Positions 28,001 to 39,992 of a stretch of DNA of 64,000 nucleotides are shown one piece after another. Both the position numbers and the translations under genes were made by a program. Under the pieces are notes generated by a model. It was not told the DNA's origin, searched no databases, and saw only the letters and a list, made by a program, of their open reading frames with translations. Within the stretch, counting starts at the first letter, position 1. Each line of letters begins with the position of its first letter. The stretch is from NCBI RefSeq assembly GCF_964204645.1, contig NC_134035.1, positions 3,348,001 through 3,412,000 on the forward strand, written 5' to 3'. The DNA comes from Tubulanus polymorphus (lineage: Eukaryota; Animalia; Nemertea).

Positions 28001-31000
28001 GATCAATTCTTAATCGAGCATCTCTGAAAATATTCATTATATCTCCTTTTCTTTTTGATAATTTCTTAGCGAAATCCATTCGGCGTGGCCACTTTTATTT
28101 GATTCGCTTTTAACCCAACTTTTCAATCAATTAATGCTGTCAAATATATAAAACATAGACAGAAACTGTTTGATTTTACATGTGATCTAGCGACATTATT
28201 CCCGGATATGAAACTTTTTTTCAAAATTCTACATGTCCCTGGCTATTCCCTGACTTTTCAATAGACAAGAAAATTCCCAAACTTTTCCCACTGATTTCCA
28301 GGTCAATGGCCATCCTGCTGTTTACACCTGAAGGACCTAGCGCACTGATCTAAAGGGATCCACTCACATTTTAAGCGTTCAAAATGGCGGAATATTTGCT
28401 AGTTTAGTAGACACAAGGTTGCTTCCAATTTCGCAAAAACCATGGAATCTAAATTCCGGGGCAGTCAGAATAGGAAAATCTGAAAACATTTTTCACCAGG
28501 GGGTAACGATAATGCGAGGCAATGGGGACTTGTGGCGAGATCTGTCTATTGTAATTACACCGAGCTAATCAGCTTAGAATATGTTACTAATACAGGCCTA
28601 TAGAATATGTTTTATTATCATTACAATGAAATTCGCAATCTGGAACCATTTCTGAAGTTCATTTAAGGTTTAAATTCTAAGTAATCGATTGAAAACCTTC
28701 GACATCTGTTCACGAGGATGGGAGTTATTAAAAAAAAATTAAAGGCTTAGATATTGTTGATATTTGTTTACAAGAATGTTTGGAGTTAATAAAAAAATAA
28801 AAACATGCATTTAAGGCTAAATAAATTGATACCTTGTTTCTCACATCTGCTGAGCTTTTAAGTTGACCGGCCGGTCGCCTATCTACCCTGTACATTACTT
28901 TTCTTTAAAAATCATGATCAATTTTATCATAACAGACAGCTATATCTAGAAATGAACCGATTACAAAATGACCCGGCCGCTGCGGAGAAACACGGTGTAT
29001 CATTTTTGTTTAACCTTAGTTTACATAGGTTTGAATTCAATTCATGTACAGGTTTAAATTCTTGATTCTCTGATATCTGTTTACAAGAACGATGGGAGTG
29101 GGAGTTAGTAACAAATCTTGCATTCTAGTTGACGCATACTTTTAGGTAGGCCTACATATATCCCTATTCAGAAATTTTCTCCACGAAAAAACCATCCCAA
29201 CATCTGTTTACAAGCAGCATAGCGTCTATAAATAACCGTGTATTCTTGTTGACACCTATAAATCTTATTAAACTCTGTGTATCGAAACGGGTTCAGAAAA
29301 AGTTTTCCCAACACTAGTAAACAAACGTAAAACCAGATGATAATATATCTCGTATAAGTCCGTTACAAAATATCCCACTTCAATGGGACAATTTTGACCC
29401 GATTTCGATTTCAAAGGGCCTAGGTCTATTCCCCGGCCGTTTCTTTTTTTTAAATACAGGTTTGATTGTCGTAAATGACATGTAGTACACGAAGATGCAT
29501 CGATTTTAGATATAGCGACTGTGGCTGATGCAATACACCTTCAACGAGTAACGGCTGAATGGGAGATCTAACCATGTGCTTCCATGTACTACACGTATAC
29601 ACCCTATGTATATAGCATTACGACTGAAATCATTAAAAAAATTTCAGCGAGCGCGGCGCAAAACGCTACAACTTTTATAGATTCTGGGATAGACTACCCC
29701 GTGTTCAGTAGCGTTTAGGACTGGACTTTCAAAGGGGCGTAACCAGAATTTCGACAGAAAAAAATAGAGAGAGAGAGATGAGTTTTTCGAAGGGTTTACG
29801 AGGTAAAAACTCCGTATATATCCTGACCAATATTTTAGGAATATTTCGGGAGCCCAAATACATCGGAACCGCTAGATTTGTTTGGGTGATTTCAATGAGA
29901 AACCTGTAAATCCACTGGTTACACCACTGCTGTTGACCAGATACCCCAACTGATGACGAAGAACAAAATTTTCAAATGATAAAACCAGTACTTAGTAAAG
30001 GAGTTAGGCTTTAGATGGTAATTAGGGTACAAGTAAATCGAAATTTCCCAAATTTTTGTTTTCCAATGCCTCAGAGAATTAAGTGTCTATTTTCGTGAAA
30101 ATATTTCATTCCTTGTACGGCCATTTCATGAACAACTTGTATCTGAATCTGGCTATCATTCCCAAATTTGTTCTGCTGATCAAAGAACTAACCAAACAGG
30201 CAACTCAAGATCTAAAACTATATCCGAATTCAAATGATCGACCATAAAAAACAGGCCCGGACAAGGCCAGCAATTCCAGACACATGTACTAGTAATTTAC
30301 ATTCATTTCATTTCAATTGAACGCAGGCTAGACCAGTGAGTAATGGGAATTACTTTGTAGAGTGGTCAAACGAGATTATAACCAGACTGCGAACTGCACT
30401 GACACATTGACTATCGCGGCCACAATGCCAGAATACGCGCAGAAAAAAAAACAGATGGTTTTCCCATCAATGTCTATTTAAAAGAATTAACTGTTAACTG
30501 AATAGGCCCCTATCAGCACACAATCCCCTGGCCCCCGGTAATGAGCTATTTCTCGAATAATGGCTGGACTTTTATTCACTTGCAGGTCCTATATCTAATG
30601 CATATTGCAAAGTTAGGAAATAGGTTTCAGAACCATGATGAGTAGGCACGAAAAAGGTATGGAGGATAGATTACTGACTGGGTAACTTGTCCGGTTACTG
30701 ACTTAACCTGCTTTCCAGTTACTGACTAAATCGCAGTGAGGTTACTGTCTGGTTAGGCCCACTGAATATAAAAAACTGGCCTAGTCCAGTTAGTGACTAT
30801 GCTGACTAAATCGTAGTCCAGTTACTGACGAAACTGTAGTCCAGTCACTGACTAGACCAGTCTGATTACCGACTAAACCATAGTCCATTTGCTGTCTGGT
30901 TGCTGAATTATCGTTGGCCTAGTCGGGTTACTGACCCCAAACCACAGACCAACTGATAAGGCATTAGGAAAATCAAATAATTGAAATTGACGACATGCTC

Positions 31001-31378
31001 TTCTTCGCCTGAAGTCATCGACCTGATTACACCGAACCTAGTCTGAACCTGTGAACCTCCTCATTAAAAATAATCACATGATATCTAATTAGGTCTCTCG
31101 AAAAAACAAAGCCCACACTTCAGATCCGACTTACCGATCCACATCAAAGCATCAGGTGACGGTTTGTAGGGTCGCACGACGAAACCGATGATAAATCCGA
31201 AAACTATTCCCACAGCAGTTAGAATCAGTAACAAATTCTCTTTGAGATTTTTAATGATGTTGTCTTTGGAACAATCACACGTGCAGCAAGAAGGTTTCTT
31301 TTTGTCGTCGTGATGAGGCGGGTCGCCGTCCATCATAACAACTCCTATTTTGCTGTCTTCGAATTCATCGGTAGCCAT
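16005..31378 (-). CDS. SLC1 / dicarboxylate-amino acid:cation symporter family (EAAT-like) transporter, divergent; ~610 aa (long-exon isoform)
   Basis: Exons, all GT-AG and phase-consistent: 31135-31378, 26814-26888, 25758-25880, 24324-24411, 22592-22634, 21815-22013, 20532-20658, 19858-20091, 17097-17288, 16494-16628, 16005-16377. Family motifs: GIPGDIFLRLLKMMIIPLVVS, SLDSRSNGK, RNLFPDNIIAACFRQ, DGSNMLG, WYSPIGIASL, IDIRVIRFVLP, EWFLDRVRS. Five N-glycosylation sequons lie in the large extracellular loop. Confidence 0.93.
16694..16982. mobile_element. piggyBac-like MITE (TTAA TSD, TIR CCCTTTCAGTGC)
   Basis: ttaa|ccctttcagtgc ... gcactgaaaggg|ttaa. An inverted copy of the same family is at 42289-42551. 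Confidence 0.8.
17594..17733. mobile_element. MITE, TIR GGGGCCRGTTGCA (second copy ~26080-26220, opposite orientation)
   Basis: ggggccagttgcacagtc ... gactatgcaaccggcccc. The internal sequence is shared with the 26080 copy. Confidence 0.7.
19348..19712. repeat. Minisatellite, ~41-47 bp unit (aagctcattttagttctataaccaatctaacaacttaagaccagtct), ~8 copies
   Basis: Direct tandem repeats in an SLC1 intron. Confidence 0.9.
23779..23962. repeat. Degenerate ~50-bp tandem repeat (~4 copies) with a B-box-like core
   Basis: Unit ggattcgaacctatggcatcatgaga...aggacaca. The minus strand reads gatgccataGGTTCGAATCC. Confidence 0.65.
27465..27808. repeat. Minisatellite, ~28-bp unit (cagactgaacagaattccttccacagtc), ~12 copies
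   Basis: Contiguous near-perfect tandem units with no spacers. They account for the repetitive ORFs at 27415-27962. Confidence 0.95.
30670..30960. repeat. Degenerate ~24-bp tandem repeat (gactaaactgcagtccagttact-like); a related array lies at ~48110-48310
   Basis: Recurrent ttactgactaaa...agtcca units at both sites. Confidence 0.6.
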
Positions 31379-32378
31379 CGCGTTATTTTTGCTAGCGCTG
31401 AGAGTGAGAGTAGTAAAAAATCCAAGACCCTCAATCTAAGAAAAGCTGAATTGTTGAAAGCGTCTTTTACTAATTTGATCGAAGAAGAACCTCCAGATTG
31501 ACTTTCTTCAAACTCGGTGACAATCTAACACTGATGTTTTATTCCGTCGGAATCTAGTGAGAGAGTGTGTATTAGAAAAGGAATGCCTCGTGCCGTATGT
31601 GCGTCCAACGACTACAACGTCGCCATGATAAACACGCGACGACGTAAACCTCAGCGCCTACTACCGACCGAGCGACGAGCGGTCGGTACGTACTACGCGT
31701 TGTTTCGTTGTTTCCAGGAATTTTTTTCCAAGAATTCAAAATGGCGGCGCCCAGCGCTGTTACTTAACGTTAGTCGCGAAAACCCTTTTACAAATTCAAT
31801 TCAAATAACGCAATTTTGTTTTACCAAAAACACACTCTTTCTAATTATTAGATCTGCGTGCATGCCTTTTTTCCTTCTGTTCATTCCTTTCCCCTTTTCT
31901 TGCTTTTTGTGTGGTTGCATGGTGTGTGTTTGTGTGTATGCGCGTGTTCGTACTCGCTACACTCAGCCGCGGCACGAGTACCGTGGCAATCTCGATGCCA
32001 TCAGGTTCGAATCCCTGGCGGGGAAGATGTGCTGTGCTGGGAGAAACTAGATAATAGGATGGTTATATCAAAGCTGTGGGCACTGTGATCTGTGTGCATT
32101 TGTGGCCAGCACACAGATCCACAACGATCATAGTTAGTGAAGTAATACTACATCCAGGGAGAGGCAACATGTGAAATTCAGTTTATTTCCACACCACATT
32201 TTCCAATGCATTTCTTTGAAAGAATCGAATGATTTAGATTTCATATTTTATTTTCGATCACTCATCATCGTACGAGATAATAATTATGCATTTCAAGCAC
32301 GAGCGTCTAGAGGGATAAGGACCCGTATAAGCTTTAGCTTCTCCTTACTCCTCGCACTTTATATTGTTAAATCTTTTA

Positions 32379-32597
32379 GGCTAAACAAAAATGATACCTT
32401 GTTTCTCCGCAGCGGCCGGGTCATTTTTGTTAAATATGATAAAATTTATAAACAGTTCATTTCTATAGCGGCCGGGTCTGTTATGGTGAAATTGATCACG
32501 ATTTAAAAAAAAGTAATGTATAGGGTAGATAGGCGGCCGGCCGGGTCAACATTTAAGCTCAGCAGAGCGGAGAAACAAGGTATCAATTTTTTTAGCC
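32379..32597. mobile_element. PIF/Harbinger-type MITE, 219 bp, TTA TSD
   Basis: tta|GGCTAAAcaaaaatgataccttgtttctcc ... ggagaaacaaggtatcaatttttTTAGCC|tta. The equivalent site in unit 2 (~36010) is empty, with a single TTA. Other copies lie at ~8270-8485, ~28815-29015 and ~58496-58706 (TAA TSD). Confidence 0.85.
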
Positions 32598-32951
32598 TTA
32601 TGTATAATATTTATATGTATGTATGTTTGTATGTGTATGTATGGTATGTGCGAATTATAATTCCATTCTGTGATCCTGTAATTATGTAACGATTTATTTT
32701 GCAAAATAAAATATATTCATTCAAGTACCTCATCTGGTAGGATGGACAGTTTGAGGATCATAGTGGTTCCAATTCGCCCTCGTCAACCTCGTTCAATTCA
32801 CTTACGAATCTGCGTTTAGGATTCCGCTATAAAGGCTGGGAATTTTGATAGTATTACTGACAAATACTGGTGTCGAATAGCGAGTTGTTTAGTGGTCAGT
32901 CGTATATTTCAATCCGGGTTTGATACGAGTCAAGCAATCATAGCCACGCCT

Positions 32952-34028
32952 TCATTCCGCCTTTCGTCGGCAAAAGCGACATTTCAGAATCAGCTCTTTA
33001 GCGGTAGCTCTAAAATGATCGTTGGCCACGTAATAGATAAAGAAATTTACCGACGAGTTCAAAGTTGGTAAAAGGTTGTCGAACATCATTTGAGTGATGT
33101 ATACCGCGTCGCCGTAGGGCTGAATTTTTGGAAGGTTTATAAAACGGGCTAGGAATTCATAGATAGATCGATAAGATGGCGGTATTTCGCAGACGACAAA
33201 TAGAACGACTATAGCTATAGCAATTTTGATAGCTTTCACGTCGAGACGCGATATATTTCTTTCGCCAGTCATTTCTTTTCTTTTCGCCGTCAGTTTACGA
33301 AGAATCCATATCAGGTAGCAATTGAAAATCATTAGTAAAATTGCCGGCAATAATTCCTTAATTAATGTAGCGATGGATCGGTTAATCCATATGAAAGCAC
33401 GGAAGAAGCCCGATCGTTTCCCTTTAGCTGGACCGATGCCCGTTATGTGAACATTGTTACAAGCGTCAAAGAACGAAATGTTTATGCTTGTGCCGATAAC
33501 GAAAGGCGAGTATAATAAACCAAAGCCAGCAAGCATACAACAAACAATGATTTGTATTCTGTATTTTGTAATGTGAGATCTGGCGAAAAATGGAAAAGTT
33601 AAAGATACACATCGTTCTAAAACTAACAGCACGGTTATCCAGTTGCGCGTCACCTGCGCCGAATATCGCGGAATCCAAGCCGTTTTATAGATCCACGGTC
33701 GCACGCCCCAGCTCAGGTACGGAATCCAAAACATGTGAGTTCCTTGCGTGAACCAGGACACGACGAAACGCAACGGTTCCTGAATCGTGTTGAAAATAAG
33801 GAAGAGTATATCGGCCAGCGCGAGACAGCGTAACAGGTACAACGAGATGTGATCAGACGACTGGCGACGTATGATGAAAATACTGAACGTATTCAGAATG
33901 ATACCGACGATGCTGATCGGTAGAGTGCCTGCTAGCTTTACGCTGACGAGAAGCACGTTTTTAAAAACGTACGGTCGATTACAGTCTGGCGTAGTTTCAG
34001 CTACTGTGGTCGTCGCACTATAATTCAT
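32952..34028 (-). CDS. Intronless class A GPCR, FMRFamide-receptor-like orphan (copy 1), 358 aa from ATG
   Basis: Seven hydrophobic segments, with GIILN (TM1), LALAD (TM2), ERCVS (TM3), FVVCEIP (TM6) and NSSVNFFIY (TM7). The first ATG (MNYS, an N-glycosylation sequon) is at 34028; the ORF track starts at an upstream GTG. Confidence 0.9.
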   Translation of the reverse strand: MNYSATTTVAETTPDCNRPYVFKNVLLVSVKLAGTLPISIVGIILNTFSIFIIRRQSSDHISLYLLRCLALADILFLIFNTIQEPLRFVVSWFTQGTHMFWIPYLSWGVRPWIYKTAWIPRYSAQVTRNWITVLLVLERCVSLTFPFFARSHITKYRIQIIVCCMLAGFGLLYSPFVIGTSINISFFDACNNVHITGIGPAKGKRSGFFRAFIWINRSIATLIKELLPAILLMIFNCYLIWILRKLTAKRKEMTGERNISRLDVKAIKIAIAIVVLFVVCEIPPSYRSIYEFLARFINLPKIQPYGDAVYITQMMFDNLLPTLNSSVNFFIYYVANDHFRATAKELILKCRFCRRKAE

Positions 34029-34479
34029 GCCGATAGACACTACATGTCACATACCACGAATACTGGCGGTTCTGACATCGATAGTTACAAGTTAAAGTTA
34101 CCTACGAGCAATCCCGTGATTACTCGTAGTAAGTACGAACGCTTCGTTGCTTCATAGAACTATTCCGAGTTCTATGGTTGCTTGCATTGCGTTCTCAACG
34201 AGACTGAATAGTAGAATTGTTTCAGTCCCTCTGAAAACCCTGGTGTGTATTCCAGCATGCAGGAATATGCGGCTTGATGATATTAGTGTCGAGGTCGATG
34301 ATCTGATACTAAAAAAAGCTCAGAAAAAGAAAAGCTCGAGGACTAAACCTATTCCAAACATGATTGGAACCACCCACTATCTATTCATCATTGATCCCTG
34401 AATGTGGATATTATCGGAACCATCCGTCATGAAATGAATAATCTATGATTTGCAAAAATCTGACAACCCGATTTGAATC

Positions 34480-34565
34480 ATGGTTAGAAGTCATTTAGGA
34501 TTCTTTGCTCGAACCGTTCTGGTGAAGAATAACGATATTGAACTGGCGTATCGAGCTTTGGACAA
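34480..34565 (+). pseudogene. MRPS21: MRPS21 exon-1 duplicate (fragment)
   Basis: MVRSHLGFFARTVLVKNNDIELAYRALD. The donor gacag|gtaat has become gacaacatt, exon 2 is absent, and an upstream promoter segment is missing. Confidence 0.88.
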
Positions 34566-35029
34566 CATTGATGGATGGATTGTCCTCCTGACCTGTCGTC
34601 GTCGGTCAGGCCAGACAGTCAGTCTCCTCTGTCCGGTGTGTGTAGGCCTATCAGTACAGCTGCATTAAATAATAGTGTTATAGTCAAGTTAGAGATTAGG
34701 GATACCTTAGTCTGAACACCAGTCGTTACGGGTCGTCGTTTGGGGAATGACGGCTGTACCTGACTACATGGATACGCAATTTTGTTTTACCAAAAAAAAA
34801 AACTGGCGCGCCACGGATAGAACACAGTAGTTTTGCACGCCGTGAACACATCAAAATGACGGATTTAATGAGTGGCCAAGAAAAAAATCTAGCTGCTTCA
34901 TTTCAGAGGCTTCTCAAAATGTCAGCCTGAAAAATTCCTGAGATTGTTTTCAAATGAAACGGATGCCGAATTTGCCGCCCCTCAAAATGATCTATGAGCC
35001 AAAAAGATTTATCTGAGTTTATCTAAACG

Positions 35030-36135
35030 CGGATTGTATTATGTTCAAACGTGGATGGCAAATGAGATTATGCCATACTAGTGTTATGTGTAACGGGCTG
35101 GCACACACTTCACCGAATTTCAAAAAGTATTGAATTCTAAAATTAATTTCCATTTGCTAAACTTCGCTTTTTTCACAACTTAATGATCTCGTTCCCCCAG
35201 ATTTCAGCTATTTCTTCACAAATTCCGAAACGATTATCTAAGACATTCTGCACGTTGGCCAAATAAAAGATCTGCCAGTTAAATTTGAAATTTGCTATAA
35301 TTTCTAAATCAAGATGCACACCAATAAAAGCCCAAAAGGGGCGAAACTTTGGAACGAATTGCCGAATAAAATCAAACCTTTAAGAACAGCTAAGTCATTC
35401 TCAAATGGTATCAAAACTCACATTCTTTCTAATTATTAGATCTGCGTGCACGCCTTTTTTCCTTTTGTTCATTCCTTTCCCCTTTTCTTGCTTTTTTTGT
35501 GTGGTTGCACGGTGTGTGTTTGTGTGTATGCGCGTGTTGGTACTGGGAGCATCCTCCCACTGCAGGGATTCGAACCTGATGACATCGCTACATTCAGCCA
35601 CGGCACGAGTACCGTGGCTGAATGTAGCGATGCCATCAGGTTCGAATCTCTGCCGGGGAGGATGTGCTGTGCTGGGAGAAACTAGATAATAGGATGGTTA
35701 TATCAAAGCTGTGGGTACTGTGATCTGTGTGCATTTGTGGTCAGCACACAGATCCACAACGATCATGGTTAGTGAAGTAATACTACGTCCAGGGAGAGGC
35801 AACATGTGAAATTCAGTTTATTTCCACACCACATTTTCCAATGCATTTCTTTGAAAGAATCGAATGATTTAGATTTCATATTTTATTTTCGATCACTCAT
35901 AATCGTACGAGATAATGATTATGCATTTCAAGCACGAGCGTCTAGAGGGATAAGGACCCGTATAAGCTTTAGCTTCTCCTAACTCCTCGCACTTTATATT
36001 GTTAAATCTTTTATGTATATATTTATATGTATGTATGTTTGTATGTGTATGTACGGTATGTGCGAATTGTAATTTCATTCTGTGATCCTGTAATTATGTA
36101 ACGATTTATTTCGCAAAATAAAATATATTCATTCA
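35030..36135 (+). mobile_element. 5'-truncated CR1/L2/Crack-like LINE 3' end (also ~38440-39765, and partial at 31830-32725)
   Basis: KGAKLWNELPNKIKPLRTAKSFSNGIKTHILSNY* (stop 35437-35439) resembles the CR1-group ORF2 C-terminus. The element ends in aataaaatatattcattcaa. The left boundary is approximate. Confidence 0.7.
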
Positions 36136-36363
36136 AGTACCTCATCTGGTAGGATGGACAGTTTGAGGATCATTTTCGTTGTAATTCGCCCTCGTCAAAC
36201 TCGTTCAATTAACTTACGAATCTGCGTTTAGGATTCTGCTATAAAGGCTGGGAATTTTCATAGTATTACCGACAAATACTGGTGTCGAATAGTGAGTTGT
36301 TTAGTGGTCAGTCGTATATTTCAATCCGGGTTTGATACGAGTCAAGCAATCATAGCCACGCCT

Positions 36364-37440
36364 TCATTTCGCCTTTCGTCGGCAAAAGCGACATTTCAGA
36401 ATCAGCACTTTAGCGGTAGCTCTAAAATGATCGTTGGCCACGTAGTAGATAAAGAAATTTACCGACGAGTTCAAAGTTGGTAAAAGGTTGTCGAACATCA
36501 TTTGAGTGATGTATACCGCGTCGCCGGAGTGCCAAATTTCTGGAAGATTTATAAAACGGGCTAGGAATTCATAGATAGATCGATAAGATGGCGGTATTTC
36601 GCAGACGACAAATAGAACGACTATAGCTATAGCAATTTTGATAGCTTTCACGTCGAGACGCGATATATTTCTTTCGCCAGTCATTTCTTTTCTTTTCGCC
36701 GTCAGTTTACGAAGAATCCATATCAGGTAGCAATTGAAAATCATTAGTAAAATTGCCGGCAACATTTCTCTGATTAATACACTGAAGAACTGGTCAATCC
36801 ATTGGAAAGCACGGTAGAAGCCCGATCTTTTCCCTTTAGCTGAACCGATACCCATTACGCGAACATTGTTACAAGCGTCAAAGAACCAAGTGTTTACGTT
36901 TGTGCCGATAACGAAAGGCAAGTATAATATACCAAAGCCAGCAAGCATACAACAAACAATGATTTTTATTCTGTGTTTTGTAATGTGAGATCTGGCGAAA
37001 AATGGAAAAGTTAAAGATACACATCGTTCTAAAACTAACAGCACGGTTATCCAGTTGCGCGTCACCTGCGCCGAATATCGCGGAACCCAAGCCGTTTTAT
37101 AGATCCACGGTCGCACGCCCCAACTCAGGTACGGAATCCAAAACATGTGAGTTCCTTGCGTGAACCAGGACACGACGAAACGCAACGGTTCCTGAATCGT
37201 GTTGAACACAAGGAATAGTATATCGGCCAGCGCGAGACAGCGTAACAGGTACAACGAGATGTGATCAGACGACTGGCGACGTATGATGAAAATGCTGAAC
37301 GTATTCAGAATGATGCCGACGATGCTGATTGGTAGAGTGCCTGCTAGCTTTACACTGACGAGAAGCACGTTTTTAAAAACGTACGGTCGATTACAGTCTG
37401 GCGTAGTTTCAGCTACTGTGGTCGTCGCACTATAATTCAT
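36364..37440 (-). CDS. Intronless class A GPCR, FMRFamide-receptor-like orphan (copy 2, divergent), 358 aa
   Basis: Same 7TM motifs as copy 1, with about 30 amino-acid differences from it. Confidence 0.9.
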   Translation of the reverse strand: MNYSATTTVAETTPDCNRPYVFKNVLLVSVKLAGTLPISIVGIILNTFSIFIIRRQSSDHISLYLLRCLALADILFLVFNTIQEPLRFVVSWFTQGTHMFWIPYLSWGVRPWIYKTAWVPRYSAQVTRNWITVLLVLERCVSLTFPFFARSHITKHRIKIIVCCMLAGFGILYLPFVIGTNVNTWFFDACNNVRVMGIGSAKGKRSGFYRAFQWIDQFFSVLIREMLPAILLMIFNCYLIWILRKLTAKRKEMTGERNISRLDVKAIKIAIAIVVLFVVCEIPPSYRSIYEFLARFINLPEIWHSGDAVYITQMMFDNLLPTLNSSVNFFIYYVANDHFRATAKVLILKCRFCRRKAK

Positions 37441-37897
37441 GCTGATAAACACTACACGTCACATACCACGAATACTGGCGGTTCTGACATCGATAGTTAC
37501 AAGTTGAAATTATCTACGAGCAAACCCGTGATTACTCGTAGTAAGTACGAACGCTTCGTTGCTTCATAGTAATATTCCGAGTTCTATGGTTGCTTGCATC
37601 GCGTTCTCTTTTCAACGAGACTGAATAGTAGAATTGTTTCAGTCTCTCTGAAAACCCTGGTGTGTATTCCAGCATGCAGGAATATGCGGCTTGATGATAT
37701 TAGTGTCGAGGTCGATGATCTGGTACTAAACAAAAGCTCAGAAAAAGAAAAGCTCGAGGACTAAACCTATTCCGAATATGATCGGAGCCACCCACTATCT
37801 ATTCATCGTTGATACCTGAATGTGGATATTATCGGAGCCATCCGTCATGAAATGAATAATCTATGATTTGCAAAAATCTGACTACCCGATTTGAATC

Positions 37898-37983
37898 ATG
37901 GTTTGAAGTCATTTAGGATTCTTTGCTCGAACCGTTCTGGTGAAGAATAACGATATTGAACTGGCGTATCGAGCTTTGGACAA
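37898..37983 (+). pseudogene. MRPS21: MRPS21 exon-1 duplicate with a stop at codon 3
   Basis: ATG GTT TGA. It shares the donor loss and the promoter deletion of the 34480 copy. Confidence 0.88.
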
Positions 37984-39419
37984 CATTGATGGATGGATTG
38001 TCCTCCTGACCTGTCGTCGTCGGTCAGGCCTACAGACAGTCAGTCTCCTCTATCCGGTGTCTGTAGGCCTATCAGTACAGCTGTATTAAATAATAGTGTT
38101 ATAGTCAAGTTAGAGATTAGGGATACCTTATTCTGAACACCAGTCGTTACGGGTCGTCGTTTGGGGAATGACGGCTGTACCTGACTACAGGGTTACGCAA
38201 TTTTGTTTTACCAAAAAAAACTGGCGCGCCACGGATAGAACACAGTAGTTTTGCACGCCGTGAATGACGGATTTAATGAGTGGCCAAGAAAAAAATCTAG
38301 CTGCTTCATTTCAAAGGCTTCTCAAAATTTCAGCCTGAAAAATTCCTGAGATTGTTTTCAAATGAAACGGATGCCGAATTTGCCGCCCCTCAAAATGATC
38401 TATGAGCCAAAAAGATTTATCTGAGTTTATCTAAACGCGGATTGTATTATGTTCAAACGTGGATGGCAAATGAGATTATGCCATACTAGTGTTAAGTGTA
38501 ACGGGCTGGCACACACTTCACCGAATTTCAAAAAGTATGGAATTCTAAAATTAACTTCCAATTGCTAAACTTCGTTTTTTTTCCACAACTTAATGATCCC
38601 CTTCCCCCAGATTTCAGCTATTTCTCCACAAATTCCGAAACGATTATCTAAGACATTCTGCACGTCGGCCAAATAAAAGATCTGCCAGTTAAATTTGAAA
38701 TTTGCTATAATTTCTAAATCAAGATGCACACCAATAAAAGTCCAAAAAGGGGCGAAACTTTGGAACGAATTGCCGAATAAAATTAAGTCTTTAAAGACAG
38801 CTAAGTCATTATCAAATGGTATTAAAACTCACATTCTTTCTAATTATTAGATCTGCGATCACGCCTTTTTTCCTTCTGTTCATTCCTTTCCCCTTTTCTT
38901 GCTTTTTGTGTGATTGCACGGTGTGTGTTTGTGTGCATGCGCGTGTTGGTACTGGGAGCATCCTCCCACGGCAGGGATTCGAACCTGATGACATCGCTAC
39001 ACTCAGCCACGACACGAGTACCGTGGCAATCTCGATGCCATCAGGTTCGAATCCCTGCCGGGGAGGATGTGCTGTGCTGGGAGAAACTAGATAATAGGAT
39101 GGTTATATCAAAGCTGTGGGTACTGTGATCTGTGTGCATTTGTGGCCAGCACACAGATCCACTACGATCATAGTTAGTGAAGTAATACTACATCCAGGGA
39201 GAGGCAACATGTGAAATTCAGTTTATTTCCACACCACATTTTCCAATGCATTTCTTTGAAAGAATCGAATGATTTAGATTTTCATATTTTATTTTCGATC
39301 ACTCATCATCGTACGAGATAATAATTATGCATTTCAAGCACGAGCGTCTAGAGGGATAAGGACCCGTATAAGCTTTAGCTTCTCCTTACTCCTCGCACTT
39401 TATATTGTTAAATCTTTTA

Positions 39420-39638
39420 GGCTAAACAAATATGATACCTTGTTTCTCCGCAGCGGCCGGGTCATTTTTGTTAAATATGATAAAATTTATAAACAGTTCA
39501 TTTCTATAGCGGCCGGGTCTGTTATGGTGAAATTGATCACGATTTAAAAAAAAGTAATGTATAGGGTAGATAGGCGGCCGGCCGGGTCAACATTTAAGCT
39601 CAGCAGAGCGGAGAAACAAGGTATCAATTTTTTTAGCC
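39420..39638. mobile_element. PIF/Harbinger-type MITE, same insertion as 32379-32597
   Basis: Near-identical 219-bp element with TTA TSD at the same position in unit 3. Confidence 0.85.
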
Positions 39639-39992
39639 TTATGTATAATATTTATATGTATGTATGTTTGTATGTGTATGTATGGTATGTGCGAATTATA
39701 ATTCCATTCTGTGATCCTGTAATTATGTAACGATTTATTTTGCAAAATAAAATATATTCATTCAAGTACCTCATCTGGTAGGATGGACAGTTTGAGGATC
39801 ATAGTGGTTCCAATTCGCCCTCGTCAACCTCGTTCAATTCACTTACGAATCTGCGTTTAGGATTCCGCTATAAAGGCTGGGAATTTTGATAGTATTACTG
39901 ACAAATACTGGTGTCGAATAGCGAGTTGTTTAGTGGTCAGTCGTATATTTCAATCCGGGTTTGATACGAGTCAAGCAATCATAGCCACGCCT

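Noticed and set aside
31565-32506. 161-aa and 111-aa plus-strand ORFs
   Set aside because: They run through the SLC1 promoter region, a LINE 3' UTR and a MITE, and they are not preserved in the duplicated units.
34480-34668. 62-aa novel MRPS21-derived protein
   Set aside because: Read-through of a pseudo-exon into intron sequence. The promoter segment is missing and the sister copy has a stop at codon 3.
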